64,000 nucleotides of DNA, taken from the NCBI GenBank assembly GCA_030980935.1, contig GCA_030980935.1_3059.1. One strand, given 5' to 3'. Source of the DNA: a phage. The position numbers and the translations under genes were made by a program. Shown here one piece after another: positions 52,009 to 62,300 of this stretch (positions are counted from its first letter, which is position 1; every line of letters begins with the position of its first letter). The notes below the pieces were generated by a model. That model did no database searches. It was not told the origin of the DNA and saw nothing but the letters and a program-made list of their open reading frames with translations.

Positions 52009-52123
52009 ATTTTACCCTTAATTGATTAACCAAGCATTGATAAGCACTAAACTATATTGCGAATAAAATTCTGGACCAAAATGAAAAATCATATCATTTA
52101 TAGTATCCATAATGTAATTCAAT

Positions 52124-52594
52124 TTAATCATGTGTCCACACCCCATCGGTATTTGACCAAAGTCGCTGATTATCTGATCCTCGCCACAGCTTTTTGGTCG
52201 GAAGATTTTTCTCATACTTCCCATCAATAATAACATCAACATATTTAAGCATTTCTAGTTGTTTAATATCTTCAAACTTATATCCTGTCCACAACCAAAT
52301 GCTTTTACTGGGATAAAGATTTTTTACTGTTTGAACGATGCAATGAATAACATCTCGGTTATCAGGATAGAGAGGGTCTCCTCCAGTTATAGTTAATCCT
52401 TCTATATAATCATTATTCAAACATTCAATTAATTGTTCTAGTGTTTCACCAGTGAATGGAATACCATTTCTAGCATTCCATGTTGATTTATTATAACACC
52501 CTTCACATTTATGCAAACAACCTGTAACGAAAAGAACGACCCTGCAACCAGGGCCATTCACAAAATCGCAAGGATAAAATCTATCATAATTCAT
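52124..52594 (-). CDS. nrdG: Anaerobic ribonucleotide reductase activase NrdG (radical SAM)
   Basis: 156 aa; CxxxCxxC cluster motif (CLHKCEGC). Confidence 0.9.
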   Translation of the reverse strand: MNYDRFYPCDFVNGPGCRVVLFVTGCLHKCEGCYNKSTWNARNGIPFTGETLEQLIECLNNDYIEGLTITGGDPLYPDNRDVIHCIVQTVKNLYPSKSIWLWTGYKFEDIKQLEMLKYVDVIIDGKYEKNLPTKKLWRGSDNQRLWSNTDGVWTHD

Positions 52595-54408
52595 TGGTGT
52601 TTAACCCTATGCATGATTTCTTTATTTTTACCGAGATTAAATCCGCGTTCGTTCGGATTTCCCAAATAACCACAAGTTCTTCTTATTGTGTTCATCTTTT
52701 TAGGATCAGTTTCTCCACAAATAGAACAAACAAACCCGTTTTCAGTAGGAGTCATTTCATGGGTACTTCCACACGTAAAACATTTATCTACTGGCATGTT
52801 AACACCAAAATAATCTAAATGTTGTGCAGCATAATCCCATACAGCCTCAAGACCTTTTAGGTTATTTTTCATATCAGGAAGTTCAACATAAGAAATGTGA
52901 CCGCCTGTCGCAATGAAATGATATGGGGCTTCGCGAGAAATCTTTTCAAACGGAGTAATATTTTCTTCTACTGAAACGTGGAAACTGTTAGTGTACCAGC
53001 CTTTATCAGTAACATCCTTTACACTTCCATATTTCTCAGTATCAAGTTTACAGAAGCGATAACAAAGGTTTTCAGCAGGTGTAGAATACAAGCTAAAAGC
53101 AAAACCAGTTCTTTCAGTCCACTGCTTAAGACGAGCATTCATTTTAGTTAAAATTTCCTGTCCAATATCACGACCGACAAGAATATTCAATTCGTGAATA
53201 CCAATGTATCCTAGGGACACTGAACTTCTACCGTTTTTAAATAACTCAATTATGTCATCATCAGGTTTAAGACGAACCCCGAATGCACCTTCTTGGTAAA
53301 GAATAGGAGCAACAGTAGCTTTAACTCCTTTTAAGGAACTAATTCTACACATCAATGCTTCAAAACATAAATCCATTCGCTCATTGAACAATTCAGTAAA
53401 TTTCTGTTCATTGAACTGTGTTCCAATATAAGAATCTAACGCAATACGAGGAAGATTCAGTGTTACAACACCGAGATTATTACGTCCATCAAGAATTTCA
53501 TTGCCAGTCGAATCTTTCCATATGCTCAAGAAACTACGACAACCCATTGGAGAAACAGGAACAGATGAACCAGTGATAACTTTATTGTTCTTAGCTGAAA
53601 TAATATCAGGATACATTCTTTTGCTTGCGCACTCTAGAGCAAGCTGTTTAATATCATAGTTCGGATCGTCTTTATAAAGATTAACACCTTCTTCAACGAA
53701 CATAACAAGCTTAGGGAAAATAGGAGTTATCCCATCACGACCGAGACCTTTAATACGATTTTTCAGAATTGCTTTCTGAATCATTCGTTCAGTCCAGTCA
53801 GTTCCTGTACCAAATGTAATTGTTACAAAAGGTGTTTGTCCGTTTGAACTAAAGAGAGTATTTACTTCATATTCATAAGCTTGGAATGCATCGTATACAT
53901 CTTTTTCTGTTTTAGATTGAGCATAATTCAACGCATCAGCGATTTGCCATTTTTCTGCATCCTCAATATGTTTTGCATAGGTGCGTTTAACATAAGGAGA
54001 AAGTACTTTATCTACATTAGCAAAAGTCGTTCCGCCGTATTGATGGGAAGCAACCTGTGCAGTAATTTGTGCCATAATTGCAGTAGCAACACCGATTGAT
54101 TTAGGAGTTTCAATCTGTGCATTACCGAGCTTAAATCCGTTCTCAAGCATTCCTTTTAAATCTACTAAACAGCAATTAGTAAATGGAAGAGCAGGGGAAT
54201 AATCAATATCATGGAAATGAATAATTCCGCTTTCATGCGCTTTCATAATAAAAGACGGGACCATATTTTTGGCAATGTGTTTAGACACAATACCAGCCAT
54301 AAGGTCCCGTTGAGTTGGAAAAACACGAGAATCTTTATTAGCATTCTCGTTCAAAAGGTCTTTATTAGTTTTATGAATCAATCCTTCAATTTCTTTTTCA
54401 ATTGTCAT
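52591..54408 (-). CDS. nrdD: Anaerobic ribonucleotide reductase NrdD, uninterrupted
   Basis: 605 aa continuous ORF with glycyl-radical C-terminus (RTCGY) and zinc-ribbon cysteines. Confidence 0.9.
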   Translation of the reverse strand: MTIEKEIEGLIHKTNKDLLNENANKDSRVFPTQRDLMAGIVSKHIAKNMVPSFIMKAHESGIIHFHDIDYSPALPFTNCCLVDLKGMLENGFKLGNAQIETPKSIGVATAIMAQITAQVASHQYGGTTFANVDKVLSPYVKRTYAKHIEDAEKWQIADALNYAQSKTEKDVYDAFQAYEYEVNTLFSSNGQTPFVTITFGTGTDWTERMIQKAILKNRIKGLGRDGITPIFPKLVMFVEEGVNLYKDDPNYDIKQLALECASKRMYPDIISAKNNKVITGSSVPVSPMGCRSFLSIWKDSTGNEILDGRNNLGVVTLNLPRIALDSYIGTQFNEQKFTELFNERMDLCFEALMCRISSLKGVKATVAPILYQEGAFGVRLKPDDDIIELFKNGRSSVSLGYIGIHELNILVGRDIGQEILTKMNARLKQWTERTGFAFSLYSTPAENLCYRFCKLDTEKYGSVKDVTDKGWYTNSFHVSVEENITPFEKISREAPYHFIATGGHISYVELPDMKNNLKGLEAVWDYAAQHLDYFGVNMPVDKCFTCGSTHEMTPTENGFVCSICGETDPKKMNTIRRTCGYLGNPNERGFNLGKNKEIMHRVKHQ

Positions 54409-54878
54409 TTTAAACTCTTTCTAAGCTGCTTCTTAAATGAAGCTATTAATTGTGTTTTAGTGTCAGATTCATTATATTCAAATCCTCTTTGAAGCATCTC
54501 AGCCATCATTTCCTCTTTTCCTAAACGAGAAAATTCCTTTGATTTATCTCCAACGAAGTTAGGGTGAATATTATTTTGGGTGTAATCGGATTTTAAATAA
54601 GTAAGTAAATTTTCTAACCATTCAAGATAATCAACACCTTGTCCCTTTAAGCCAGAACGATTAAATTTATGCTTCATTTGACCTTCCGCAGCATTGCAGA
54701 GATTACAGAGCAATCCACGTACCTTTCCTGCTTTTGGTCCATTTAATTCATGGTCATGGTCAAGGTGATTAGCTTGAACATCAGGATTTAGTTCTCGTTG
54801 GCAAATTAAGCATTTACCGTTTTGTGCATCATAAAATTTCTGTTTTTCTTCTTTGTATAATTTGCCAGTCAATAACAT
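54405..54878 (-). CDS. 49: Endonuclease VII (Holliday junction resolvase) gp49
   Basis: 157 aa, MLLTGKLYKEEKQKFYDAQNGKCLICQRELNPD...; 4-nt overlap with nrdD. Confidence 0.9.
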   Translation of the reverse strand: MLLTGKLYKEEKQKFYDAQNGKCLICQRELNPDVQANHLDHDHELNGPKAGKVRGLLCNLCNAAEGQMKHKFNRSGLKGQGVDYLEWLENLLTYLKSDYTQNNIHPNFVGDKSKEFSRLGKEEMMAEMLQRGFEYNESDTKTQLIASFKKQLRKSLK

Positions 54879-54920
54879 AATAAAACCCTTACCTTAAATA
54901 GATAAGGGTATTTATTATTT

Positions 54921-55097
54921 TCAAGTATTGTAAAACATTTGATTCAATCGCTTATATTGTCGAATCATCTTTTTAGTAGGACGAGAATAAGTTCCTATAC
55001 AAGTGGTCATATTAGGGTCAGTAGGACTTCCTTTAATAAAAAGTTTCCAAACCTTACCACCATTTAACTTTTCAGTATAAATTAATTCGGTTTTCAT
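54921..55097 (-). CDS. Small ORF (58 aa)
   Basis: Hand-translated; ATG overlaps the stop of the upstream ORF. Confidence 0.35.
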   Translation of the reverse strand: MKTELIYTEKLNGGKVWKLFIKGSPTDPNMTTCIGTYSRPTKKMIRQYKRLNQMFYNT

Positions 55098-55561
55098 TAA
55101 AACGCTCGGTCAGAAAAAGAAATTTGAGTTTCAAGCCATTCAATATATTCTGCCGCGGCTTGCATTAAATTTCCTTCGTAATCATCAATATCTTTTTTCA
55201 ACGCCGATTTAGATAATGCATATGAAATGCGTTCACCCTGAAATCCAGCTTTAGGTTTATGAAGAACTTGATCAATTCGTTCTACAACTTCTTCAATTTC
55301 GCCATTTTCTGCGGATTCAGTATTCCACAAGCACCAATACGTAATTGGCTTATCGTAGATGTTAATAATCTTTCCATCAGAAAGTTCAATTTCAATAATT
55401 CCAGTATCAGGTTCTATATCATCTTCGCATTCTTTTGCAAGTTCACGAACTTTAAAGACAGTACCTGCACTAAGTTCCGGCCAGTAATTACACAGCCCTT
55501 TATCAGCACGATTAATTCTAAACCACTTATCTACTGCAATCATACCCCATCTCCATATCAA
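55097..55561 (-). CDS. Hypothetical protein (154 aa)
   Basis: Track ORF; occupies the region where T4 pin lies but not verifiable by eye. Confidence 0.45.
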   Translation of the reverse strand: MIWRWGMIAVDKWFRINRADKGLCNYWPELSAGTVFKVRELAKECEDDIEPDTGIIEIELSDGKIINIYDKPITYWCLWNTESAENGEIEEVVERIDQVLHKPKAGFQGERISYALSKSALKKDIDDYEGNLMQAAAEYIEWLETQISFSDRAF

Positions 55562-55666
55562 TTAAGTCATTTATCGTCGGTTCATTATATACTGTTTCTT
55601 CATCAGTGTAAACCGGTTCTTCCGGCTCTGGCTCTACTGTTTCCCATCTAGCCGCCCACCAAGGTT

Positions 55667-55987
55667 TTATAGCGTAATCCATTCTCGTACTGTCTGAGTT
55701 ACTACACGTTCACGGGGCTCGACTAGTTCAACAGTCGGAACTGCATAATACCAGTCAGAATGGTAAGAACCTGAGCGAGATTCATTTACAGACACATGAA
55801 CGTTATGTTTTTGACTAAAATAAACACACTGACGATATTGGCATTTACCATCTTGCACCCAGTCTTCTATTTCGATAGGTTTAAGATAATCGGAAAAATC
55901 GAAATCATAGTTTTCCGAAAATGCATCATGGTCTTCAATGATTTCGCTCAGAACTGCATCAACATCTAATTTATTTTCAATAGTCAT
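55667..55987 (-). CDS. Hypothetical protein (106 aa)
   Basis: Track ORF. Confidence 0.5.
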   Translation of the reverse strand: MTIENKLDVDAVLSEIIEDHDAFSENYDFDFSDYLKPIEIEDWVQDGKCQYRQCVYFSQKHNVHVSVNESRSGSYHSDWYYAVPTVELVEPRERVVTQTVREWITL

Positions 55988-55997
55988 TTTTCACCAA

Positions 55998-56207
55998 TTA
56001 ATTTCGCAATTTATTAAGTTCTTCATCATCAATCCAGGATTCTAGTCCTGATGGCAGGTCACATTCAATTTCCCAAAGAAGTTCTTCAATTTTCTGAAGA
56101 CGATCTAGTTCTTCGGCTGGAATAGTAACCATTGACGGAGTTCTTGATACACTAATATCGTAAATCATATTTACCCCAGTTTGACCATGCAATCGCCATA
56201 TTTCCAT
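55998..56207 (-). CDS. Hypothetical protein (69 aa)
   Basis: Track ORF. Confidence 0.45.
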   Translation of the reverse strand: MEIWRLHGQTGVNMIYDISVSRTPSMVTIPAEELDRLQKIEELLWEIECDLPSGLESWIDDEELNKLRN

Positions 56208-56386
56208 TTAGAAATAGACTTTTCACCGTTAGAATAATAAACTTCGAGTTTAGCACGATTATTTTTAATTTGAATAACCTTTGCTGTCATCAAAGTTCCA
56301 TACCCGTAATAAACTGTAACCTCATCACCTACATATACCGCGCTTCCGCGGTAGTCATGGATATAATCAGTTCCTTCGAGCATCAT
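56171..56386 (-). CDS. Hypothetical protein (71 aa)
   Basis: Track ORF. Confidence 0.45.
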   Translation of the reverse strand: MMLEGTDYIHDYRGSAVYVGDEVTVYYGYGTLMTAKVIQIKNNRAKLEVYYSNGEKSISKWKYGDCMVKLG

Positions 56387-56646
56387 TTAAAGTATTCCCG
56401 CAATTGGTCAAATCCACCAATATGACTTCCATCAGGAGCAAATACTTGTGGCATTGTCAAACCAATTTGAGTATCACGACCTAGTTTCGTCAGAAGCTCA
56501 GCGATTTTCTCATCATCAAAAACACCTTTTTCCGGCATAATGTTGATAAATTCAAATGGCTGTTTATTCACAGTCAAGAGACGTTTTGCATTATCGCAAT
56601 ACACACATTTATGGATGTTGCTATCATAACCATATACTTTAAACAT
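56383..56646 (-). CDS. nrdC: Thioredoxin/glutaredoxin NrdC
   Basis: 87 aa with CVYC redox motif. Confidence 0.85.
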   Translation of the reverse strand: MFKVYGYDSNIHKCVYCDNAKRLLTVNKQPFEFINIMPEKGVFDDEKIAELLTKLGRDTQIGLTMPQVFAPDGSHIGGFDQLREYFK

Positions 56647-56647
56647 A

Positions 56648-56890
56648 TTATTCCTTAATTCCTAGTACTTGTTTAAAAGTCTCGTCGTAATCAAGACTTT
56701 GACCTGTTTGTTCTTTATGTTTGTATATAATATCACTTACTTCTGATAGCATATTTTTATATGAACGAGTTAAAGCAGATTTAAGCACGCTATATCTATC
56801 AGGAAATTTACCGTGTTCATTATAATACGCTATTGCTAATTCACGGACTGCCTTTTCAGCAGTCTCCATATATTCTTTACGCTTTGTCAT
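56648..56890 (-). CDS. Hypothetical protein (about 80 aa)
   Basis: Track ORF 56648..57025 trimmed to internal ATG ([10 protein letters not shown]...) abutting upstream ORF. Confidence 0.4.
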
Positions 56891-56891
56891 T

Positions 56892-57281
56892 TTAATCCAA
56901 AATATTATTAGGCATTGGTTGAACACTCGCAAGTTCTTTAAAGAACTCAGTAGAGTCAGGTAATTTAACCATTTCCGGAGCATGCTTACTAAATTTATGT
57001 TTGCAATGACGGCATTTATATTCAAGTTCCGGTTTACGCCAGTTAATCAATTGAACTTGTTCAGTACCGCATTCAGGACAATTAGGAACGTTTTTAGAAG
57101 CCCTTTCGCGACGTTCAACCATAACCATAATAGCATCCCAGGCTGGAGGTTTAAAATCTAAATCATCACAACCATGAATCTTTCCGCGCATTTCCAGATC
57201 GTCTTCTTCACCAGCCATAATAATTTTAATTAGACTGGAATTACTTGAAGCTGCAATATCTTCTAATAGACGCTTTTTCAT
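56892..57281 (-). CDS. Zinc-ribbon protein (129 aa)
   Basis: CPECG...CRHCKH four-cysteine pattern. Confidence 0.5.
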
Positions 57282-58207
57282 TTCAATACCTCAATAGCAT
57301 TACGTAAACCATTTGCTTTTGCATTAAGAGCTTTTAACAATTTAGTGTGTTCGGCAATCTGAGCTTCAACTTCAACTAGTCGAGATTTGAGGTATTCACG
57401 TTCTTCGCTCAAGTTATCAATCTTTTCTACTTTAGGCTCTTTTACAACTGTCTTATATGTATTAGGGTTCTTCAGTTTAATTAAAATGCGTGAACTGTAT
57501 AACATTGAACCATTATCTTCGGTTTCGTCATACATTTCTACTACGTCCATGATTTTTAACATCATGCGGAGTTTATAAGATAACGAACGAATAGTTTTGT
57601 TGTGCTTATTAATTTCTCTAGAGTTCATGGTGCCGAGATTACGTGAGTAATAATAAGGAACCTGGATATTAATTAATACTGATGAACCACCTGGCTTGTG
57701 TGTTACTTCATCAGCAATAACCCAATCCTTAACATGAACTGTATTTGTACGGTCATCGCCCGCGGTAAATAGTTTGCGAGCATGCTTAAAAAGCATATTC
57801 ACTTGGTCATTGAATTGACAAGCAAATTTATCAGCAAATTTAGTTTCAGGAATGGTAGATAACCAATCAGCCAAATGGGTCTTTTTAACATCGTTAACAA
57901 TAGTAAATTCAACCAAATCAGTTATAGATGTCTCAGATTTAATAAAGCTCGGCTTCATAAAGTTTTTAATGTTATCGCGAGCTACAGTAGAAGATAACAT
58001 ACGAGAACGTTTAAACCATTGAAGCAAATTGCCCAACGAATGAGAATAAGCGTTTTGAGTATCTTTACAGATATGATTTTCCTGGCCAACATATTGAAGG
58101 AAATCACGAAGAATATTATTGATTACTGCTCTGTGTCCGATCTGATAATTACGGTGTTTAGTAATAAGACTGTCAAAATAATCAATATAATGTTTACGAG
58201 TTTTCAT
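57278..58207 (-). CDS. Coiled-coil-tailed protein, tandem family member 1 (309 aa)
   Basis: About 260 aa N-domain plus C-terminal heptad-like tail [42 protein letters not shown]. Confidence 0.5.
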   Translation of the reverse strand: MKTRKHYIDYFDSLITKHRNYQIGHRAVINNILRDFLQYVGQENHICKDTQNAYSHSLGNLLQWFKRSRMLSSTVARDNIKNFMKPSFIKSETSITDLVEFTIVNDVKKTHLADWLSTIPETKFADKFACQFNDQVNMLFKHARKLFTAGDDRTNTVHVKDWVIADEVTHKPGGSSVLINIQVPYYYSRNLGTMNSREINKHNKTIRSLSYKLRMMLKIMDVVEMYDETEDNGSMLYSSRILIKLKNPNTYKTVVKEPKVEKIDNLSEEREYLKSRLVEVEAQIAEHTKLLKALNAKANGLRNAIEVLK

Positions 58208-58259
58208 ATTCTTCTCACTTGGTTAATGGTTTATACTCCGAGCCATCCTTGGCTTTAAA

Positions 58260-59291
58260 TTACTTAATTAACTGTAAAGCTTGTTCAAGACGATCAAGAC
58301 GATTAACAGATTCTTCCCAAATCCTTTTAGCCTGCTCATATTCTTTCTGCGCTTTATTAGAAATTTCTAGAACTTCTTTATAAGCTTTTTCTAGTGCAAT
58401 AACTTCTGGACGAATTTCTACCGGTTCAGGTGAATCGTCAAGACATTCCATTAGTTCTTCAAGGGTAGTTTCTTCTTTAGGAGTATTCACAATTTCATCA
58501 CATTTTTGTTGGTAAATTTCTTTATCAGTCGATGAGCACGCACACTTTACTTCACGAAGGCTAATTATAATTTTATATCCTTCCCAACCACACATATTTT
58601 TGAAAGGATATGTATGAATACTTTTTACAGTTTCCATACAGCCCAAAACCGCCTCTAATTGATAAGTTATAGTGCTAGCAATTGAGAAAAATTTATTAAT
58701 ATTCTTTTGGTTAGCGTTTGGTGTAAAAAATCCATAATTCACAAAAATAGCTACTTTATTTTCATCAAGCTCATATTCTTTTACGATAATCATATCAGAA
58801 GCCAAAGGATGAATTTGACGATAATCGCCATAACATAATTTAGAAGCTGATTTTAGAATTTGTCCTTTGAAAAGTCTGAAATTACTAATCCAACGACGAG
58901 TAAAAATATTCTCAGGGTATTCTTTATTATTAAGATGATAAGAATTAACATCACCGAACCAATTATATCCTACTACATCTTTAGTTCGTTTAATTTCTTT
59001 CCCAAATTTACTAAGAATATCTCTGTTGACTAAGTATGAAAGAAGACGAGACCCTTTAAAGGTTTTCTTAATGTCATCTTTATCTGTACGACTAGAAATT
59101 TCACGAACTTCATGAATAAATTTGCCGGAAGAAACAATACTTGCATCAGTATTATTGAGCCATTGATTGATAATAGAAATCACACTATTCTGACTAGACA
59201 TAGGTTTAACTTTATCATCAATAACGCTGTTGAACGATTTAATATATTCGTTGCGAGTCATATTAATCTCCTCAGTAGAAAGTAAGAACAT
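58260..59291 (-). CDS. Coiled-coil-tailed protein, tandem family member 2 (343 aa)
   Basis: C-terminal tail ALEKAYKEVLEISNKAQKEYEQAKRIWEESVNRLDRLEQALQLIK. Confidence 0.5.
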   Translation of the reverse strand: MFLLSTEEINMTRNEYIKSFNSVIDDKVKPMSSQNSVISIINQWLNNTDASIVSSGKFIHEVREISSRTDKDDIKKTFKGSRLLSYLVNRDILSKFGKEIKRTKDVVGYNWFGDVNSYHLNNKEYPENIFTRRWISNFRLFKGQILKSASKLCYGDYRQIHPLASDMIIVKEYELDENKVAIFVNYGFFTPNANQKNINKFFSIASTITYQLEAVLGCMETVKSIHTYPFKNMCGWEGYKIIISLREVKCACSSTDKEIYQQKCDEIVNTPKEETTLEELMECLDDSPEPVEIRPEVIALEKAYKEVLEISNKAQKEYEQAKRIWEESVNRLDRLEQALQLIK

Positions 59292-59322
59292 TATACCACA
59301 TCCTTGTGGCGAAGTAAACTAG
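59288..59322 (-). promoter_or_regulatory. T4 early promoter inside the coiled-coil gene array
   Basis: GTTTAC (59314-59319), TGGTATAAT -10. Confidence 0.5.
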
Positions 59323-60323
59323 TTTAGTGCATTTAGTGCGTTGTTCAATTTAGAACGTTGCTTCGTGAGATTTTTTACTTTTTCTTGAGCTTTTTCTAGC
59401 ATCTTTTCAGCTTCTAACACTTCATTAGTTGCTTTAACGAGTTCATCATCTACTGCCTTGATAGACTTCTCAATCGCATCCGCGTGCCATTTTTCAACAG
59501 GTTTAAGACTCGGATTTTCAACAGGAAGAAAATTCACTTTATTGAATTTCCATGCATCATTATTACCTGAACTATACATCCAAAATTTAGGATCGTTTGA
59601 TGAGTAATTAGTTTGGGGTTCAGGTTTTTTCTCTTGTGTAACTTCGTCCTTTCTCAAAAAATCATATTTAAATGAAACGATCATATCAAGTTCATATGTT
59701 GTCGTATCTAATTTAAATCGTTCGAAATGCTGCGAAATCTTAGACTGAACAACAGAAACAACATCCATATACTTAAATGCTTCTGTCAGCTGTGATTTAA
59801 GACATTCACAAATTGAAAGAGAATTTTTAGTACTAGGTTTAAAGCTAATTCGTGCAGTTCTATTATTTTCTTTTAATGGTCTTACTTCCATCTGAAGAGT
59901 ATAACCATCAAATTTCAGATTCTTTAAGTTAATATCAGAGCCCTTTAATCGACTAGCAGTAGACAAAATTTGCTTTAATTGTTTACGAAATAGAGCAATA
60001 AATCTCCATTCAATACGATAATGATTTGGATTAAAAAATCCTGTTGATAAATCAACCTTACTCTGACCAACGCCTTGAACAAACAGAGGATTTTTATAAT
60101 CAATAGTTTTACAGAAATCGGTGAGCTGCTCACGAGCAGTCATTTGTGTAATATATCCCGCTTTACTAAAATGACGTAACCATTCACTGCTATTCATATA
60201 CTTAAAGTGAATATCACGATTAACTTTATCAGGGTCTAAATTATTTTGGCACAAAAATGTCATAACATTACGGGTATAGCTGGCATTACGAACCATATCT
60301 TCAATTTGAGAACGAGTTTTCAT
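59319..60323 (-). CDS. Coiled-coil-tailed protein, tandem family member 3 (334 aa)
   Basis: Starts MKTR like member 1; C-terminal tail ...EAEKMLEKAQEKVKNLTKQRSKLNNALNALN. Confidence 0.5.
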   Translation of the reverse strand: MKTRSQIEDMVRNASYTRNVMTFLCQNNLDPDKVNRDIHFKYMNSSEWLRHFSKAGYITQMTAREQLTDFCKTIDYKNPLFVQGVGQSKVDLSTGFFNPNHYRIEWRFIALFRKQLKQILSTASRLKGSDINLKNLKFDGYTLQMEVRPLKENNRTARISFKPSTKNSLSICECLKSQLTEAFKYMDVVSVVQSKISQHFERFKLDTTTYELDMIVSFKYDFLRKDEVTQEKKPEPQTNYSSNDPKFWMYSSGNNDAWKFNKVNFLPVENPSLKPVEKWHADAIEKSIKAVDDELVKATNEVLEAEKMLEKAQEKVKNLTKQRSKLNNALNALN

Positions 60324-60331
60324 AGTGTTCC

Positions 60332-61234
60332 TTAAGATTTAAGTAAATCAACAATTTTAATTAATTTTTCACGCTCAGATTTAGCTTTACTACTCAATCC
60401 AGATAGTCTGAAAATTTCATCGTCATACTGTTGAATAGAAATATTCAGCTCTTCAATTTGCTTATTAAAATAATCAATTTGCTCAGAATGTTTTTCATTA
60501 CTGCGAACTGGTACAGGTTTTGTAGGCAATTTAGTTAAACTGGATTCATCCGGGCGATAAATTAAAATACAACTTGAACCAATCGGGCATTTAGCACCAG
60601 ACACATATTCTAATGTTCCGGCTTCTTTTAAAACTTCAAAAGCTAAACAGAGATGATGCCCCATATTAACATAATCTGTAGAGCGAGCTCTGATATAATA
60701 ATCATCGCCGCGAATACTAAATTTAAAGCATTTAAGGTCTTCTGTATTATTGGTCTTAAAAATCATTTGTTTATCTAGACCTTTAGCTAATCGAGCGCCT
60801 AATGCTAATAATCGTCGTTGATTTTCCCACAAATCCGCAATCATTTGATCGAATGACAATTTCGGCATTAGTCTACCATAAAGGTCATATCCTTTATTAT
60901 AATTGCGAAGAATTTCACTTGCATTAATACGAGACAATGCTCCAATTTTATTAAGGGCTTTCATAATGCGATTAGATAAACCCATTCCAGACCCGTTTGT
61001 TCGCTGTAAATGTTTTTCTAATCCAAATCCAATATCAACTTTAAACTTATCTAAAATTTCTGCATGAACATCTCTATCAATAACATTCAAATCCAAAGTT
61101 GGGTTAAATCTATGAAAAAATTTATCTGGCTCTCCACGACGAAGTACAGTCCATTCATTCAATTTTTTATTAACTAAAGATTTAATTACTGCATTGACAC
61201 TATTAATTACTACTGACATATTTTCCTCACTCAA
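60332..61234 (-). CDS. Coiled-coil-tailed protein, tandem family member 4 (300 aa)
   Basis: C-terminal tail ...QIEELNISIQQYDDEIFRLSGLSSKAKSEREKLIKIVDLLKS. Confidence 0.5.
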   Translation of the reverse strand: MSEENMSVVINSVNAVIKSLVNKKLNEWTVLRRGEPDKFFHRFNPTLDLNVIDRDVHAEILDKFKVDIGFGLEKHLQRTNGSGMGLSNRIMKALNKIGALSRINASEILRNYNKGYDLYGRLMPKLSFDQMIADLWENQRRLLALGARLAKGLDKQMIFKTNNTEDLKCFKFSIRGDDYYIRARSTDYVNMGHHLCLAFEVLKEAGTLEYVSGAKCPIGSSCILIYRPDESSLTKLPTKPVPVRSNEKHSEQIDYFNKQIEELNISIQQYDDEIFRLSGLSSKAKSEREKLIKIVDLLKS

Positions 61235-61634
61235 TTTTCAATTTTACTAATACGCAGAATATGATGGAAAAGACTATATAAGCACCACACACAGATTGAA
61301 CTAATACCATTCCAAAGAACCAAACAATATTATCAAACAGTGTCTGTTTTACGTCGAAAGGACGTAAACTTACAGTAATATTATCACCTTTTTCTATTGA
61401 AGAATACATCTCTGGGGAAATATATTCACTAAATCTATAACCGTCTTTGAGTTCATATACAGCAATAAACGATAAACTAGACCCCTTTCCTTGAGTTCCT
61501 GTAAGGGTATTAACTACAGTAACATCATAATCTTTATAATGCATATAATCATTAATAGCATAATAACCATATGCAATTACTATACATAAACAACATATCA
61601 ATAAATTCAATCTTTTAATTATCAACTGTTTCAT
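61227..61634 (-). CDS. Membrane protein (135 aa)
   Basis: N- and C-terminal TM segments. Confidence 0.5.
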   Translation of the reverse strand: MKQLIIKRLNLLICCLCIVIAYGYYAINDYMHYKDYDVTVVNTLTGTQGKGSSLSFIAVYELKDGYRFSEYISPEMYSSIEKGDNITVSLRPFDVKQTLFDNIVWFFGMVLVQSVCGAYIVFSIIFCVLVKLKIE

Positions 61635-61689
61635 AATAATCTCAATTAAAAGGGCTTAGAACCATTATACCATCCTTGGTATAAAGCGG

Positions 61690-62217
61690 TTATGCGAGTA
61701 CCGTCTTTAACCGTTCTTCAAACTTCCGAAGAGTATTCTGGCGTTCAGCTCTTTGCTTTTTATAAGTTTCAATACGCTCTGAAATGAGAGTGTATCGTTC
61801 ATTTACTGATTCTTTCATAAAATCAGGAATTTCACGAGAAGCTTTAATCTCGTCAAATTTATCAATAACAGCTTGCTCTTCAGCAATTAAGTTATCATAC
61901 ATCAAAATATCTTTCTTGATGAACTCAATATCTTCTTGAGTTACACGAGATAATTTAGATGCTTTATCCTTTTTGTACTGTTCATTAGTATCACGAGACC
62001 AGTGTAATGTACGATTTTTATTCGTATTTTTGTAAATTTCTACAATACCAATCTCATCGATAATAACGATCCAATTCCAACGAGATTTGTAAATTTGTCC
62101 TCCGTCAACCGTGATTTCACCTCCGATTGAGATGTCATTAAAGAACTTGCTTTGTGCTTCAGATTTAAATTTACCATCATTGTAGTTTACCAAGTTGAAA
62201 ATATCTTTAGCATTCAT
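61690..62217 (-). CDS. Hypothetical protein (about 175 aa)
   Basis: Track ORF 61690..62277 trimmed: N-terminal 20 codons are the transcribed promoter/leader cassette; real start MNAKDIFNLV... after GGAGGAACAGAAA. Confidence 0.45.
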   Translation of the reverse strand: MNAKDIFNLVNYNDGKFKSEAQSKFFNDISIGGEITVDGGQIYKSRWNWIVIIDEIGIVEIYKNTNKNRTLHWSRDTNEQYKKDKASKLSRVTQEDIEFIKKDILMYDNLIAEEQAVIDKFDEIKASREIPDFMKESVNERYTLISERIETYKKQRAERQNTLRKFEERLKTVLA

Positions 62218-62239
62218 TTTCTGTTCCTCCGTAGTTGAT

Positions 62240-62300
62240 AGTTGTATAGTACCACAGAGGAACGGTCTTGTAAACAACTAAAAGAAACTTCTTTCACAAT
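62240..62300 (-). promoter_or_regulatory. T4 early promoter cassette
   Basis: GTTTAC (62270-62275), conserved -10/leader; leader plus start context identical to the 8385 copy. Confidence 0.55.

Noticed and set aside
52018-52242. 74 aa ORF overlapping the 3' end of nrdG
   Set aside because: Overlaps nrdG by about 120 nt in another frame; at most a short C-terminal piece could be real
55097-55561. Assignment of the 154 aa ORF as protease inhibitor Pin
   Set aside because: Only positional and approximate size agreement; no motif I can verify by eye
62218-62277. N-terminal extension of track ORF 61690..62277
   Set aside because: Same promoter-leader read-through as above
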